Positions 27,890-37,722 of a stretch of DNA of 64,000 nucleotides are shown here, in pieces. Made by a program: the position numbers and the translations under genes. The stretch is from positions 320,001 through 384,000 of the forward strand of contig JBPOGI010000003.1 of NCBI GenBank assembly GCA_051251855.1. Reading direction: 5' to 3'. The stretch is from Roseibacillus sp. GTDB lineage: Bacteria > Verrucomicrobiota > Verrucomicrobiia > Verrucomicrobiales > Akkermansiaceae. Within the stretch, counting starts at the first letter, position 1. Every line of letters begins with the position of its first letter. The notes under the pieces were generated by a model. It saw only the letters and a program-made list of their open reading frames with translations, had not been told where the DNA came from and did not search any database.

Positions 27890-29911
27890 CTATTGTTGGT
27901 GACGGCGGCGTGGGAAGAAGATGACGATGACTGTGACGAGGATCAGCGCGAGGGGGCCTGGCTCGGGGACGGAGCCGTTTTTGACGACTGCCTGGCTGTT
28001 GGCGATGCTGCTGGGGCCGGGCATGGCGCTGGCGTTGACTCCTTGGGGGAGAGGGGCAGGTTGGTGGGCGAGCTTGGGGGTGTGGTCGATTTGGCGGCTT
28101 ACGGTATCGACCGCGACAAAGGAGGTCCATGGGGTGAGGAGGGAGTATTTGAGGCCGAGATTGGCGACTTCGGCGATGGTGTCTTCTCCTTTGGTGAGCT
28201 TGGCGTAGTCGGCGAGGTGTCGCACGCGCTCGCGGGCCCAGAGGGGGCGGAGAGAGGGGTGGTTTCTGCCGGTTTTGGTGACGGCTTGGGCGAGGTCGAG
28301 GCTTTGGCTCCAAGTTTGGCCGCCGCCGGTGAGGCCGGTAACGGTGATTTGGCCTTTGGGCTCGCCGGTCCACTTGGCGGTGAGGGAAAGGGGTCGGTTG
28401 GCGAAGAGGTCGCGTGTTTGAGCAGGTTCTAAGTCGGTGATTGCTGCGTCGGTGGTAGTGACCTTGATGTTGGTGAGGACGGGGGAGGAGATGTAGCGCT
28501 GAAAGCGGTCGCTGACGGCTTCGGATTCGGAGGGCTTGGTGACGATAAAGGGTTCGCCCATGCCGACGGAGGCGAGTCCTTCGATGAGGTGACGGTTGAC
28601 CGAAGAACCGATGCCGAAGGCGAAGAGGTTGGCTTGTCCGAGATTCTCGCGAATGAGTTCAAAGGCGTCGGATTCGAAACTGATGAAGCCGTCGGTGATG
28701 ACCAAGAGGGAGCGTGAGCCATCGCGTTCTTGGGGCATGGCGATGGCCTTTTTGAGCGCGCTGACGAGCTCGGTGCCTCCGCCTCCGCTTTGGCGATCGA
28801 GGAAGGTGATGGCTTTGGCGATGTTTCTTTGGTTGGCGGGTAGTGGTTTGTTCGAGAGGGTGTTGGAGCCTCCGGCAAAGAGGAGCATGTTGAAGGTGTC
28901 TGTGGGGCGGAGGTCGTGGCAGAGGTTGTTGAAGAGTTGTTTGGTGGTGTCGAGGGGGAAGCCGTTCATGGAGCCAGAAACGTCAATGACGAAGAGGTAG
29001 TCGCGGGGTGGAATGTGCTCGGGGGTGACGCGGGCGGGAGGCTGGACGGTGAGTTGGAGAAAGTTCTCGTCGTCACCTTCGTGGAGAAGGAGACCGCTGG
29101 CGATGGCTTGGTCGGCGAGACGGTAGTTGATGAGGAGGTCGCGATTGTTACCGAGGTCGTTGCTCGAGCCCTTCCAAGAAAGTTCAGCGCTTTGTTTGGA
29201 AGTGAATTTGATGTCGATGGCATGGCTGGGGGACTCGACGGACTGAAGGGGGAGGCCAGCGCTGAGAGTGAGGTCGAGGCTGAAGGTGGTTGGGGAGGGT
29301 GCGTCTTCGCTCAAGAAGGGGTTGGCGATGGCTTGGTTGGCGTGGGCTCCTTTATTGCCGCCATAACGTGGTCCAAAGGTGGTGGGAAAGACGAACTGAT
29401 AGACGCTGTCTTCGGGCTTGAGGAGTTCGGAGTAGTGCAACTCGACAGTGATTTCGTCGCCGGGGAGAATGCGCGCTACCGACATTTGAAAGAGGTTGGG
29501 TCGGTGTTGTTCGAGAAGAGCGGCGGACTTGCTCTCGCTCTGGGCTTTTTTGAAGGTCTTTTTGGCTTCTTCTTTTTCCTGAATCTCGGCGGTGATGGTG
29601 CGGTTGCCGATGGTCATGGTCATGCCGTGGACGGCGGCGCCAGTGGAAGCAGGGAAGAGGTAGGTGGCATCGAGCGCTTGTCCGCCTTCGTTGGTGAAGG
29701 TTTGAGTGAGGGTGACTTGAGCAAGAGGGCCAGCGATGGAGACCTGAGCGTGGGTCGACTCTAAGGGGAGAAGATGTTGCTGAGAGTCATCGTTGCTTTC
29801 GGTGGCTTGGAAGTAAGGGAGGAGGGAGGTCTCGTTGGCAAGGCTGGCAGTGTTGGCGGCGAGGAGGACGAACAGGGTTGTAACGGTTGGTCGGATAGGT
29901 CGAATCGGCAT
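27890..29911 (-). CDS. VIT plus vWA domain protein with PEP-CTERM sorting signal
   Basis: VIT (TQTFTN...YLFP...AV), MIDAS DVSGSM, GGGGTEL and ITDG motifs; C-terminal SVPEPG-TM-RRR. Confidence 0.92.
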   Translation of the reverse strand: MPIRPIRPTVTTLFVLLAANTASLANETSLLPYFQATESNDDSQQHLLPLESTHAQVSIAGPLAQVTLTQTFTNEGGQALDATYLFPASTGAAVHGMTMTIGNRTITAEIQEKEEAKKTFKKAQSESKSAALLEQHRPNLFQMSVARILPGDEITVELHYSELLKPEDSVYQFVFPTTFGPRYGGNKGAHANQAIANPFLSEDAPSPTTFSLDLTLSAGLPLQSVESPSHAIDIKFTSKQSAELSWKGSSNDLGNNRDLLINYRLADQAIASGLLLHEGDDENFLQLTVQPPARVTPEHIPPRDYLFVIDVSGSMNGFPLDTTKQLFNNLCHDLRPTDTFNMLLFAGGSNTLSNKPLPANQRNIAKAITFLDRQSGGGGTELVSALKKAIAMPQERDGSRSLLVITDGFISFESDAFELIRENLGQANLFAFGIGSSVNRHLIEGLASVGMGEPFIVTKPSESEAVSDRFQRYISSPVLTNIKVTTTDAAITDLEPAQTRDLFANRPLSLTAKWTGEPKGQITVTGLTGGGQTWSQSLDLAQAVTKTGRNHPSLRPLWARERVRHLADYAKLTKGEDTIAEVANLGLKYSLLTPWTSFVAVDTVSRQIDHTPKLAHQPAPLPQGVNASAMPGPSSIANSQAVVKNGSVPEPGPLALILVTVIVIFFPRRRHQQ

Positions 29912-30084
29912 GACGACGAGACCGTGCTCCGCTTCTGTGAAGTCTTGATGAAGGGAGTGTGAAAAAGGGAGGAGTTTGGGGTGTCCCAGTTTCAGGGGCG
30001 GCGGGTGAGGCCTTGAAAAACCGAATGTTCATCCCGCTCTGCGGGACAAGAATCAAAGTGATCTAGAAGGACGGAGTTGGTGGG

Positions 30085-30107
30085 GGCGGTCGAAGACCGG
30101 CGCTCCC
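30085..30107 (-). repeat. REP-like unit, GGGAG family
   Basis: Minus strand reads GGGAGCGCCGGTCTTCGACCGCC, similar to the units at 20857 and 20979. Confidence 0.45.
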
Positions 30108-30124
30108 AGTGACGTTCCCGTGGT

Positions 30125-30730
30125 CTAGTAGCCGCGCCAGGCGGTGAAGCTGAGGGCGAGGACGAGGATGCCGTAGGCAAGTCCGCCAAAGGCGAGTCCT
30201 TTCCAGCGGCCATCGGTTTTGGTGGCCCAGGTGACGGCGTCGCGGAACGTGTAGGGCATGCCAATCCAGAACATGCCTTTGGTGAGAAGGATATAGGCAA
30301 AGAGGGAGAGGACGACGCGGGAGCCGGGCTCTTTTAAGAAGGCGGACTCGAGAATGGGAGCGGCTACCATGAGTGCGACGACGCCGATGCCGCGGACGAA
30401 GAGAAACTCGCGCACTTGCATGATGAGGCCGACGCAGACGACGGGGATGCCAATTTGAAGGTACTTTTTGAGGAAATTGAATTCACCCAAGTCCATGGAG
30501 AGTTTGCCGAGCCAAGAAAAGGAGCCTCGAATATCAGGGGCGACGAGGAGCCAAAACCAGATGAGCCCGATGGCCATGGCGTAGACTCCAGCGTTGTAGT
30601 TGCGGGGAAGCTTTTTAAGGAAGGCCTTAGCGGGGTCGGGCTTGGCGAGCATGAGTGCGTGCGCGACCACGAGGTAGATACCGACCACGATTCCCACCGA
30701 GCTCATGGAGAGAGACTCGTAGGGATGCAT
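30125..30730 (-). CDS. Multi-pass membrane hypothetical protein
   Basis: About 200 aa with six hydrophobic segments; start codon uncertain. Confidence 0.75.
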   Translation of the reverse strand: MHPYESLSMSSVGIVVGIYLVVAHALMLAKPDPAKAFLKKLPRNYNAGVYAMAIGLIWFWLLVAPDIRGSFSWLGKLSMDLGEFNFLKKYLQIGIPVVCVGLIMQVREFLFVRGIGVVALMVAAPILESAFLKEPGSRVVLSLFAYILLTKGMFWIGMPYTFRDAVTWATKTDGRWKGLAFGGLAYGILVLALSFTAWRGY

Positions 30731-30827
30731 TGCTTCCTTCATCACAGTGCTGGTTAGGTAGGGGAGGCGGGCCATTTTGGCAACCCTGCATAGGTATTTT
30801 TGGAGTCGGTTTGCAGGGAGGCGGTAC

Positions 30828-30870
30828 AAAAAAGATTCCCGGTTCCCCCAATGAAGAGGAAACCGGGAAT
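30828..30870 (-). terminator. Rho-independent terminator (aqpZ)
   Basis: ATTCCCGGTT/AACCGGGAAT stem with an A-run on +; a second hairpin lies at 30884-30906. Confidence 0.7.
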
Positions 30871-30922
30871 GTTGGGGGGGAGTGAGAAGCCAGACAGTGG
30901 CTTCTCCGAGGAAATTCTCTTT

Positions 30923-31618
30923 TTAGGCCTCCTTTTCGGAAGAACCGATGAATTTGTAGATGACCGCTCCAAGGAAACCACCAGCAATGGGGGCAATCCA
31001 GAAGAGCCAGAGTTGGCTGAGGGCGGCTCCACCAGCAAAGATAGCCACTGCGGTGCTACGGGCAGGGTTAACCGAGGTATTGGTCACCGGAATGCTGATG
31101 AGGTGGATGAGGGTCAGACCAAGGCCGATGGCGATGGGGGCGAAGCCAGCAGGGGCACGGCCATCAGTGGCACCGAGGATGATGATGAGGAAGAAGGCGG
31201 TCATGACCACTTCGGTGATGAAGCCGGACATCATGCTAAATCCTTGGGGGGAATGCTCTCCAAAGCCATTTGAAGCGAAGCCGCCGACGTCTTTAAAATC
31301 GGATTTGCCGCTGACAATGAGGTAAAGAACACCGGCAGCGAGGACACCACCGACCACTTGGGCGACGATGTAGGGTCCAAGCTCTTTGGCAGAAAAGCGT
31401 CCGCCTGCCCAGAGGCCGATCGAGACGGCTGGGTTGAGGTGACATCCTGAGATGTGTCCAATCGCATAGGCCATGGTGAGGACGGTGAGACCGAAGGCGA
31501 GGGAAACCCCGACCCAGCCAATGCCAACATCAGGGACACCTGCTGCCAAGACAGCGCTACCACATCCTCCTAAAACTAACCAAAAGGTTCCAATAAGTTC
31601 CGCTACGTATTTTTTCAT
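30923..31618 (-). CDS. aqpZ: Aquaporin Z
   Basis: [12 protein letters not shown] and [10 protein letters not shown] (two NPA boxes). Confidence 0.97.
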   Translation of the reverse strand: MKKYVAELIGTFWLVLGGCGSAVLAAGVPDVGIGWVGVSLAFGLTVLTMAYAIGHISGCHLNPAVSIGLWAGGRFSAKELGPYIVAQVVGGVLAAGVLYLIVSGKSDFKDVGGFASNGFGEHSPQGFSMMSGFITEVVMTAFFLIIILGATDGRAPAGFAPIAIGLGLTLIHLISIPVTNTSVNPARSTAVAIFAGGAALSQLWLFWIAPIAGGFLGAVIYKFIGSSEKEA

Positions 31619-31769
31619 AACCGTCTACTTAGAGTCTTTTCGGGTGTAAAAGGACACAAAAAAGGAAGGAAATTTGTCTAAGGCTCTGATTTTCAGTGCA
31701 CGGTTTATTTACAATTTGTAAACCTCGGCAAAGAAATGACATTGTCTGTTGGAGAGGATTCTCTAACCC

Positions 31770-34700
31770 ATGACTTTTCGACTCTTTGTTTTCTTAGCGC
31801 TTTTTGCGGTTCCGGTTCGGGCTGAAGTGATTCTCCAGTATTTTGGAACGAGTTGGTCGGAGATTGAGCGGCGGATTCCGGAATTGGCGGAGGTGGGGTA
31901 TACTTCGTTGTGGTTGCCTCCTCCGTTCAAAGCGGGGGGCGGGGGATTTTCCGTCGGCTTTGACACCCTCGATCGTTTTGATTTGGGCGATAAGGATCAG
32001 TCAGGAACTCTACCAACACGCTATGGCACAAAGGCTGATTTGGAGCGCTTGATGAAGACGGCGCATCGATTTGGTTTTCGGGTTTATTTCGACAATGTGA
32101 TGGCGCACACGGCTGGGCCCTTGGATCCGGTATCGACTGGAACGTTGTTGCCGGGGGTGCCGGGATTTGTGCCGGAGGATATGCATTTGGGATGGAATGG
32201 AAGTAACTGGCAGAAGTTTGCAGATTATCCTGATTACAATAATGAGACTGAAGTCTTGTTGCGTAATCCCTTCGCGTGGGACATCGCCCAGGAGGGGCCA
32301 GATAATGCCTCTTTCGATGACGATGGCTTACAGGAGTATTCTACTTTTTCAAAATGGACGGGGATTCGGCACCCAGGACAGACGGACTATTACCAAGATT
32401 CAGATTTGACGATTGCGACAAATGGCGAAGGGAATCCGGTTCATCCTTTTGCGGATCAGGAGGCGTTTGAGGATGTTGGTTTGGACGGTAATGCAGGGAC
32501 GAATGATGCCGGTGAAGGGAATGGAGTCTTTGACTTTACGGATACGAATGCAAACGGTCAGCACGATGTTGGTGAGGCGAGCGAGCCGTTTAATGATACC
32601 GGTGTGGATGGAAGTAATCCAAGTCGGCAGACAGTGACTTGGGGCTTCGGTGATGGGATTTATAATATGGGCAATCCGGTGGCGGAGGATGTGAACTTGA
32701 TGCTTTTCCGGGCTCTGCGTTGGTTTGTGCAGGAGGTGAAACCGGATGGATTTCGCTTAGATGCGGTGAAGCATGTGCCTTCCTATTTCTTTGGCGAACA
32801 GTCTGCCTCTAACAAGGACCTGACCAACGCGGGATACAATGGTTCCATTCAGGAGCATTTCAATCTGACCCGAGGGTTTTCGGATTGGAATAACCATCGT
32901 GATACTGTTTTCAATCAAGCGGCGGCGCGCGATGATGCGTTGCTCTTTGGTGAGCATTTGGGTGCGCCACCCGCGACGGAAGGTTATCGCGATGCCGGGA
33001 TGCGGGTGGCGGCGGATGACATGCTGAATCAGGTGGCGAACCGCATTGGGAGCGACCTCTCCGGATTGGATGACCCGGGATTTGGGCATGTTTTTAACAA
33101 TCCGGCGACGTCGATGAGCTATGTGATGAGCCACGACAATACCTTTCTCTTCGGAGGGGATCGGGCGGCGGCTTTGCCTTATATGATTCTTAAAGAGGGA
33201 ATCCCGATTGTTTACACCGATGGCTATAATGAGTCCTCGGCGCCAGACTTTTTCCCGAAACCTGCGGATGTGAACTTTCTGGGCCAGTTTTCGGATTCGA
33301 GTGTGACGGGGGCGCTTGGCTTGCACCGCGACTTTGTTCGTGGGGGGCAACGTGGGGTGTGGAGTGACCAAGATTTCCTAGCCTTCGAGCGCTTCGACGG
33401 TTCGGAGCAAGGACCCGCTGCCGGTTCTTGGAATGATGCGACGTTGTTGGTGATGATGGCGCGTAATTACATCGGAGGAGCTCATGGTCGTGGTGACTTG
33501 GTGACGGGGTTCCCGAGTGGAGCTGCTCTGCGTAATCAGGCAAATGACGGCGGTGACTTTGTAGCAGTGGTGCAGTCGGATGGTAAGGTGCGGGATACGA
33601 GTGGAAATGTGATATTGGTTCCCTCGGGTGGTTATTTTGCGTTTGGATGGAGGCGGCCGCAGTTGCCGGCGATTTGGAATGATGGCGTGACTGGTGAGCG
33701 TCAGCCGATTGAGATTTACCAAGGAGGAAACCGGGCTCCGACGATGACGGTGACGCGGCGTGATGGGGTGGATGGAGATCCGAATTTCAATCCCAAAGGT
33801 TTGTCGGGACAGAGCGCTGGCGATTTTTCCTATGAAGTTCAGATTCCAAGAGTGACGGGAGCGTCTCCGATTTCGTTCGTTGCGCGGGCAGATGGTTCGG
33901 CAGATAATATTTTGATGAAGCTCAATGGGGGGGTGGACTTGAATGCGCAGATGGGCTTTGAGCCGATGGCGGGGGCCAAGCGGGATTTCGCTCCGGGTCT
34001 GAACAATGATTTGCGCGACGAGCAGGGCGATGGTGATCCTTCCAATGATTCAATTCGCCAGTCCTCCACGGATACCTATCTGGGTTACGAGCAAATGCGT
34101 TTTGTAGGGCGATGGAATGAGCGTTTTGCGGCGACTGATATTGCGCGTAATGTGTCCGGCTCGTTGGGTGCGGAGACGTGGGTGGCGACTTTGGGGACGG
34201 CTGGGTTGACGCGGAATGATGGCAGTGGGCCTAGTTCGGGGCAGGAGACTGCGAGCTGGCTCTATCATGATCCATCGAGTGATAACCAACTAGGGACTGG
34301 TGATTTACAGTTCTTTCCGGCTCCCGAGAATGCGGGTGGTGCGCCGGTTACGGTTTGGGTAAAGGTGGGTTACGAGAATGAAATCGATCAAGCGCATCTT
34401 TACTACACCACGGATGGCTCGGCACCTGAGGGTTCTGGAGGCCTGGGCAAAGGTCTGACTCAGGTGATTGATTTTGTTGATTTTGCAGATGGCAATGTCG
34501 ATGGCGGCACGATGCAAACGCGCTGGTGGTCGGCAGAAATTCCAGCTCTCCCGACGGGCACTGTGTTGACGTATAAGATCGGTGGGCGTCGTGATGTCGT
34601 TGGGAGTCGTTTTCCTTTCTCGGAGAATGACCATGCCGACATTGAGCGTATGGAGACGGTCTTCGAGGTGGCGGACTTTGACCCAACTACGGTGGTCTAC

Positions 34701-35960
34701 CATCCTCACAATGACTACGGCGAGATGGCGACGGGGCTGGAGGAAGGTTATCACGTGGTCAGGACCCGTCCTTTCGTGGGGCGGAATGATGGAGCCTCCA
34801 TCTATCGCACAAATGTGCAGACCTTCTACTATGATGGGAGTCGACCGGCCGGTGAAATTGCTTTTCCGAATGAGAACGATCAACTCGGTGGTAGTAGCTA
34901 CGAGGTGGTGGTTTTGACTGATGCTTCGGTAACCGAGGTGCGCTTCAATATCGATGATGATGAGAGTGGGAATGATGGTGCAGGGAACGGCTCTTGGGCC
35001 TTGGCCGAGTTGCAGGTACCCACCGCTTTTCTGCGAGATAGTGGCAGTGCGAAGGAGTGGCGTTTTGAGTATTTGAATATCCCAGGAGCTGGCGACGCGG
35101 CGATTCAAGTGCGTCTGATGGAGGACTCTTCGTCGCAGGATATGACTTTGAGTGATGTCGACGGATGGTTCACGACGTTGACGCGGAATGTGGTTACGGG
35201 GGTAGGGCGCACGTGGAGTATCACCCAACCTAACAATAATGATGTGGTGGATGCGGGAACTAAGCTGCGGGTGGCGGTGGCGAAGGACTTGGTGGGAGGA
35301 CTGAGCGATGGGGAGTTTCTATCGGAAGTGCGTATCCTGATTGCGAGCAATGTCTCGGGGAGTCCGAGTGGGGCAGTGATTCAGCCGTTGGCGACATACA
35401 GCTTGGTTCGGGATGTCAATGCGACAGAGCACGCGGTGGAGTTCACTTTCGAAAATCTTTATACCGGTGACCCTGATTTTTTGCATCATGTTCGGGTGGT
35501 ACACACTCGTTCGGGTCAGGTGCTCACGGATATCATTCGGGTCAAGATGGAACCGGGTGCTTTGTTAGATTCTGATGGTGATGGCTTACCGGACCTCTGG
35601 GAGAGTGAGAATGGGCTTCAGCCCAGTAACCCGTTCGGAATTCATGGCGCGGATGGCGACTATGATCTCGATGGGTTGACCAATATGGAGGAGTATATTT
35701 ATGGGCTGAGTCCTATCATTCCTGACGCCGAACTTGCTCCCTGCTTGGTGCTGGATTCCGGAGCCATAGTTGGCAGTTGGGACATACAGTTTCCGGGGAT
35801 TCCTGGTCGTCTTCATACCTTGTATTGGTCCGAGAACCTCGTGGATTGGAATCCTTTGATTTCGGATTTGGAGACCGCGCAGGACATCTTTTTCAGCGTG
35901 AACGATGACGATGGGGTGCCTCGCCGATTCTATCGCACCGAGTATCGTATGAAGTTCTAA
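31770..35960 (+). CDS. Large secreted GH13 alpha-amylase family protein
   Basis: LWLPPP, DNVMAH, GFRLDAVKH (nucleophile), FGEH (acid/base) and SHDN motifs; C-terminal DSDGDGLPD Ca-binding repeats. Confidence 0.88.
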   Translation: MTFRLFVFLALFAVPVRAEVILQYFGTSWSEIERRIPELAEVGYTSLWLPPPFKAGGGGFSVGFDTLDRFDLGDKDQSGTLPTRYGTKADLERLMKTAHRFGFRVYFDNVMAHTAGPLDPVSTGTLLPGVPGFVPEDMHLGWNGSNWQKFADYPDYNNETEVLLRNPFAWDIAQEGPDNASFDDDGLQEYSTFSKWTGIRHPGQTDYYQDSDLTIATNGEGNPVHPFADQEAFEDVGLDGNAGTNDAGEGNGVFDFTDTNANGQHDVGEASEPFNDTGVDGSNPSRQTVTWGFGDGIYNMGNPVAEDVNLMLFRALRWFVQEVKPDGFRLDAVKHVPSYFFGEQSASNKDLTNAGYNGSIQEHFNLTRGFSDWNNHRDTVFNQAAARDDALLFGEHLGAPPATEGYRDAGMRVAADDMLNQVANRIGSDLSGLDDPGFGHVFNNPATSMSYVMSHDNTFLFGGDRAAALPYMILKEGIPIVYTDGYNESSAPDFFPKPADVNFLGQFSDSSVTGALGLHRDFVRGGQRGVWSDQDFLAFERFDGSEQGPAAGSWNDATLLVMMARNYIGGAHGRGDLVTGFPSGAALRNQANDGGDFVAVVQSDGKVRDTSGNVILVPSGGYFAFGWRRPQLPAIWNDGVTGERQPIEIYQGGNRAPTMTVTRRDGVDGDPNFNPKGLSGQSAGDFSYEVQIPRVTGASPISFVARADGSADNILMKLNGGVDLNAQMGFEPMAGAKRDFAPGLNNDLRDEQGDGDPSNDSIRQSSTDTYLGYEQMRFVGRWNERFAATDIARNVSGSLGAETWVATLGTAGLTRNDGSGPSSGQETASWLYHDPSSDNQLGTGDLQFFPAPENAGGAPVTVWVKVGYENEIDQAHLYYTTDGSAPEGSGGLGKGLTQVIDFVDFADGNVDGGTMQTRWWSAEIPALPTGTVLTYKIGGRRDVVGSRFPFSENDHADIERMETVFEVADFDPTTVVYHPHNDYGEMATGLEEGYHVVRTRPFVGRNDGASIYRTNVQTFYYDGSRPAGEIAFPNENDQLGGSSYEVVVLTDASVTEVRFNIDDDESGNDGAGNGSWALAELQVPTAFLRDSGSAKEWRFEYLNIPGAGDAAIQVRLMEDSSSQDMTLSDVDGWFTTLTRNVVTGVGRTWSITQPNNNDVVDAGTKLRVAVAKDLVGGLSDGEFLSEVRILIASNVSGSPSGAVIQPLATYSLVRDVNATEHAVEFTFENLYTGDPDFLHHVRVVHTRSGQVLTDIIRVKMEPGALLDSDGDGLPDLWESENGLQPSNPFGIHGADGDYDLDGLTNMEEYIYGLSPIIPDAELAPCLVLDSGAIVGSWDIQFPGIPGRLHTLYWSENLVDWNPLISDLETAQDIFFSVNDDDGVPRRFYRTEYRMKF

Positions 35961-36754
35961 AGGTTGCGGATGGCAAGGACTTCTTTGGCAGGCTCGCGGT
36001 CTCCGTTGCATGAAATGCGGCGGGGGGCATCGAGGACGGTGAGCTCGAATCCGGTGTCGCGGTAGAGTTCTTCGATGCGAGGGGTGAGTTGATTGGACAG
36101 AACTACGGGGCCTGGGTGTTTGGCGAGCCAGTGGGTGAGTCGGACTTGGTCGTTCCAGTCAAAGCCTCCAGCGGAGTATTGAGTAAATTCGACATCATAG
36201 GGAGGGTCGGCGTAGATGAAGTCGTTCTCTTCGATAGGAAGAGCTTCGAAGTCGCCGAGATGAAAGTTCCACTTCGCAAAGAGTTCGCGAAAGACTAGGA
36301 AGTCGCGGCGATAGTTGATTTTAGCGTAACTTCCGAAGGGCACGTTGAAGAGTCCTGACTTGTTGAAGCGGCAGAGTCCATTGAAGCAACTCCGATTGAG
36401 ATAGTAGAAGAGTTGAGCGGCTTTTGAGGTCTCGTGCTGACCTTCGCGAATCAATTGGTTAAAGCTTTCGCGATGTTGGTAAAAGAGTTTGGAATCGTTT
36501 TCCATCGGGATGGTCGCTTCTAGGCCTAACTGAAGTTGGCGGTAGAAGTTGACCAAGTGAGGGTTGACGTCATTGAGGAGAGCTTGGGTGGGTCGGAGGC
36601 CGAGGGTGACGGCTAAACCTCCGCAAAAGGGCTCTACTAAGCGACGCTGTGAGTGTCCTTCCCAAAGGGAGGCAAGATGCGGTAAAAGCCAGCGCTTCCC
36701 GCCAGCCCATTTGAGGGGCGAGCTGGTGGATTCGGCGAGAGGAGTGGCGGGCAT
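35957..36754 (-). CDS. Dam-family (D12) N6-adenine DNA methyltransferase, orphan
   Basis: LKWAGGK, EPFCGG, YLNRSCFNG and DPPY motifs; no endonuclease gene adjacent. Confidence 0.92.
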   Translation of the reverse strand: MPATPLAESTSSPLKWAGGKRWLLPHLASLWEGHSQRRLVEPFCGGLAVTLGLRPTQALLNDVNPHLVNFYRQLQLGLEATIPMENDSKLFYQHRESFNQLIREGQHETSKAAQLFYYLNRSCFNGLCRFNKSGLFNVPFGSYAKINYRRDFLVFRELFAKWNFHLGDFEALPIEENDFIYADPPYDVEFTQYSAGGFDWNDQVRLTHWLAKHPGPVVLSNQLTPRIEELYRDTGFELTVLDAPRRISCNGDREPAKEVLAIRNL

Positions 36755-37058
36755 GGATTGGGATGAGCTGCCTTTCGATCATGATCTCTCGTTGGGTATT
36801 CTCAATGATAGAGTCTGTTTTCTGTTCGAGAGTGGGGGCAAAATTGCAAATTCGTCATATTTTTCTGATATTAAGCCTTCGCTAACAGAAGGAGTCTATG
36901 GAGAGAGGGAAAGTTCTCATGAGTAATGATTATCTATCTAAATACAAGGGAGTTGTATGACACGTGTTTCTGGCGAGACCATCATATGAAAGATTGGCTA
37001 TTTGCCCCTAAGTTGCTCGTAACAGGCGTTTTGAGTAGTGTGTGCGAGCACAACAACT

Positions 37059-37694
37059 ATGAACACGATCACTCTTTTACTTACCTTTTCACTGCCGACA
37101 TTTGCTCAGACAACTATTCTACCGGCTGCGGTCGATGGAGACGTTCTTTCAAGAGGGGCCCTTGGATTGTCGGTGGAGAATGAGGCTTTCAATTCTACTA
37201 CTCGGTCTGGTGGAAGTAATATTAATCAATCCATGTATGAGTTCGATCTTTCGGGAATCTCAGCTGGGAGCACCATTTTAGAGGCCTATTTCGAGTTTGA
37301 TACTCGTTCGGTGTCAAACATAGGTCCCACCTCGGTTTTTCGCATTGACGGTTATATTGCCGACGGTGTGATTACGACTTCGGACTTTGATGCAGCTCAG
37401 TCCGCAGGAGGACTTCTCATGGCAAGCTATGACCTCGTCAGGGCAGACAGCGATTTTAGGAGTCTTTCCCTAGAGCTGACTGACTTCTCTTCCCTGCAGA
37501 GTGCAATCACGAATGGTGAAAACTATTTTGGTCTTCGCACCGAGACCGAGAACTTTTCGATCATCCAAGTTTCGTCTCTCGAGAATACTACTGGAGCGGC
37601 ATTTCCTTCGCTGCGTCTTGTGCTGGTTCCAGAGCCTTCGACTTTGGCGCTCGTCGGGCTCGGTTTCATCGGGTTGATTCGCCGTCGTCGGTAG
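37059..37694 (+). CDS. PEP-CTERM surface protein
   Basis: Signal peptide; C-terminal VPEPSTLALVGLGFIGLIRRRR. Confidence 0.9.
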   Translation: MNTITLLLTFSLPTFAQTTILPAAVDGDVLSRGALGLSVENEAFNSTTRSGGSNINQSMYEFDLSGISAGSTILEAYFEFDTRSVSNIGPTSVFRIDGYIADGVITTSDFDAAQSAGGLLMASYDLVRADSDFRSLSLELTDFSSLQSAITNGENYFGLRTETENFSIIQVSSLENTTGAAFPSLRLVLVPEPSTLALVGLGFIGLIRRRR

Positions 37695-37722
37695 AGAGAA
37701 ACCACTTTCGAGTGGCGCCTTG

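Noticed and set aside
36780..37040. Restriction endonuclease remnant upstream of the methylase
   Set aside because: No interpretable reading frame or nuclease motif could be seen.
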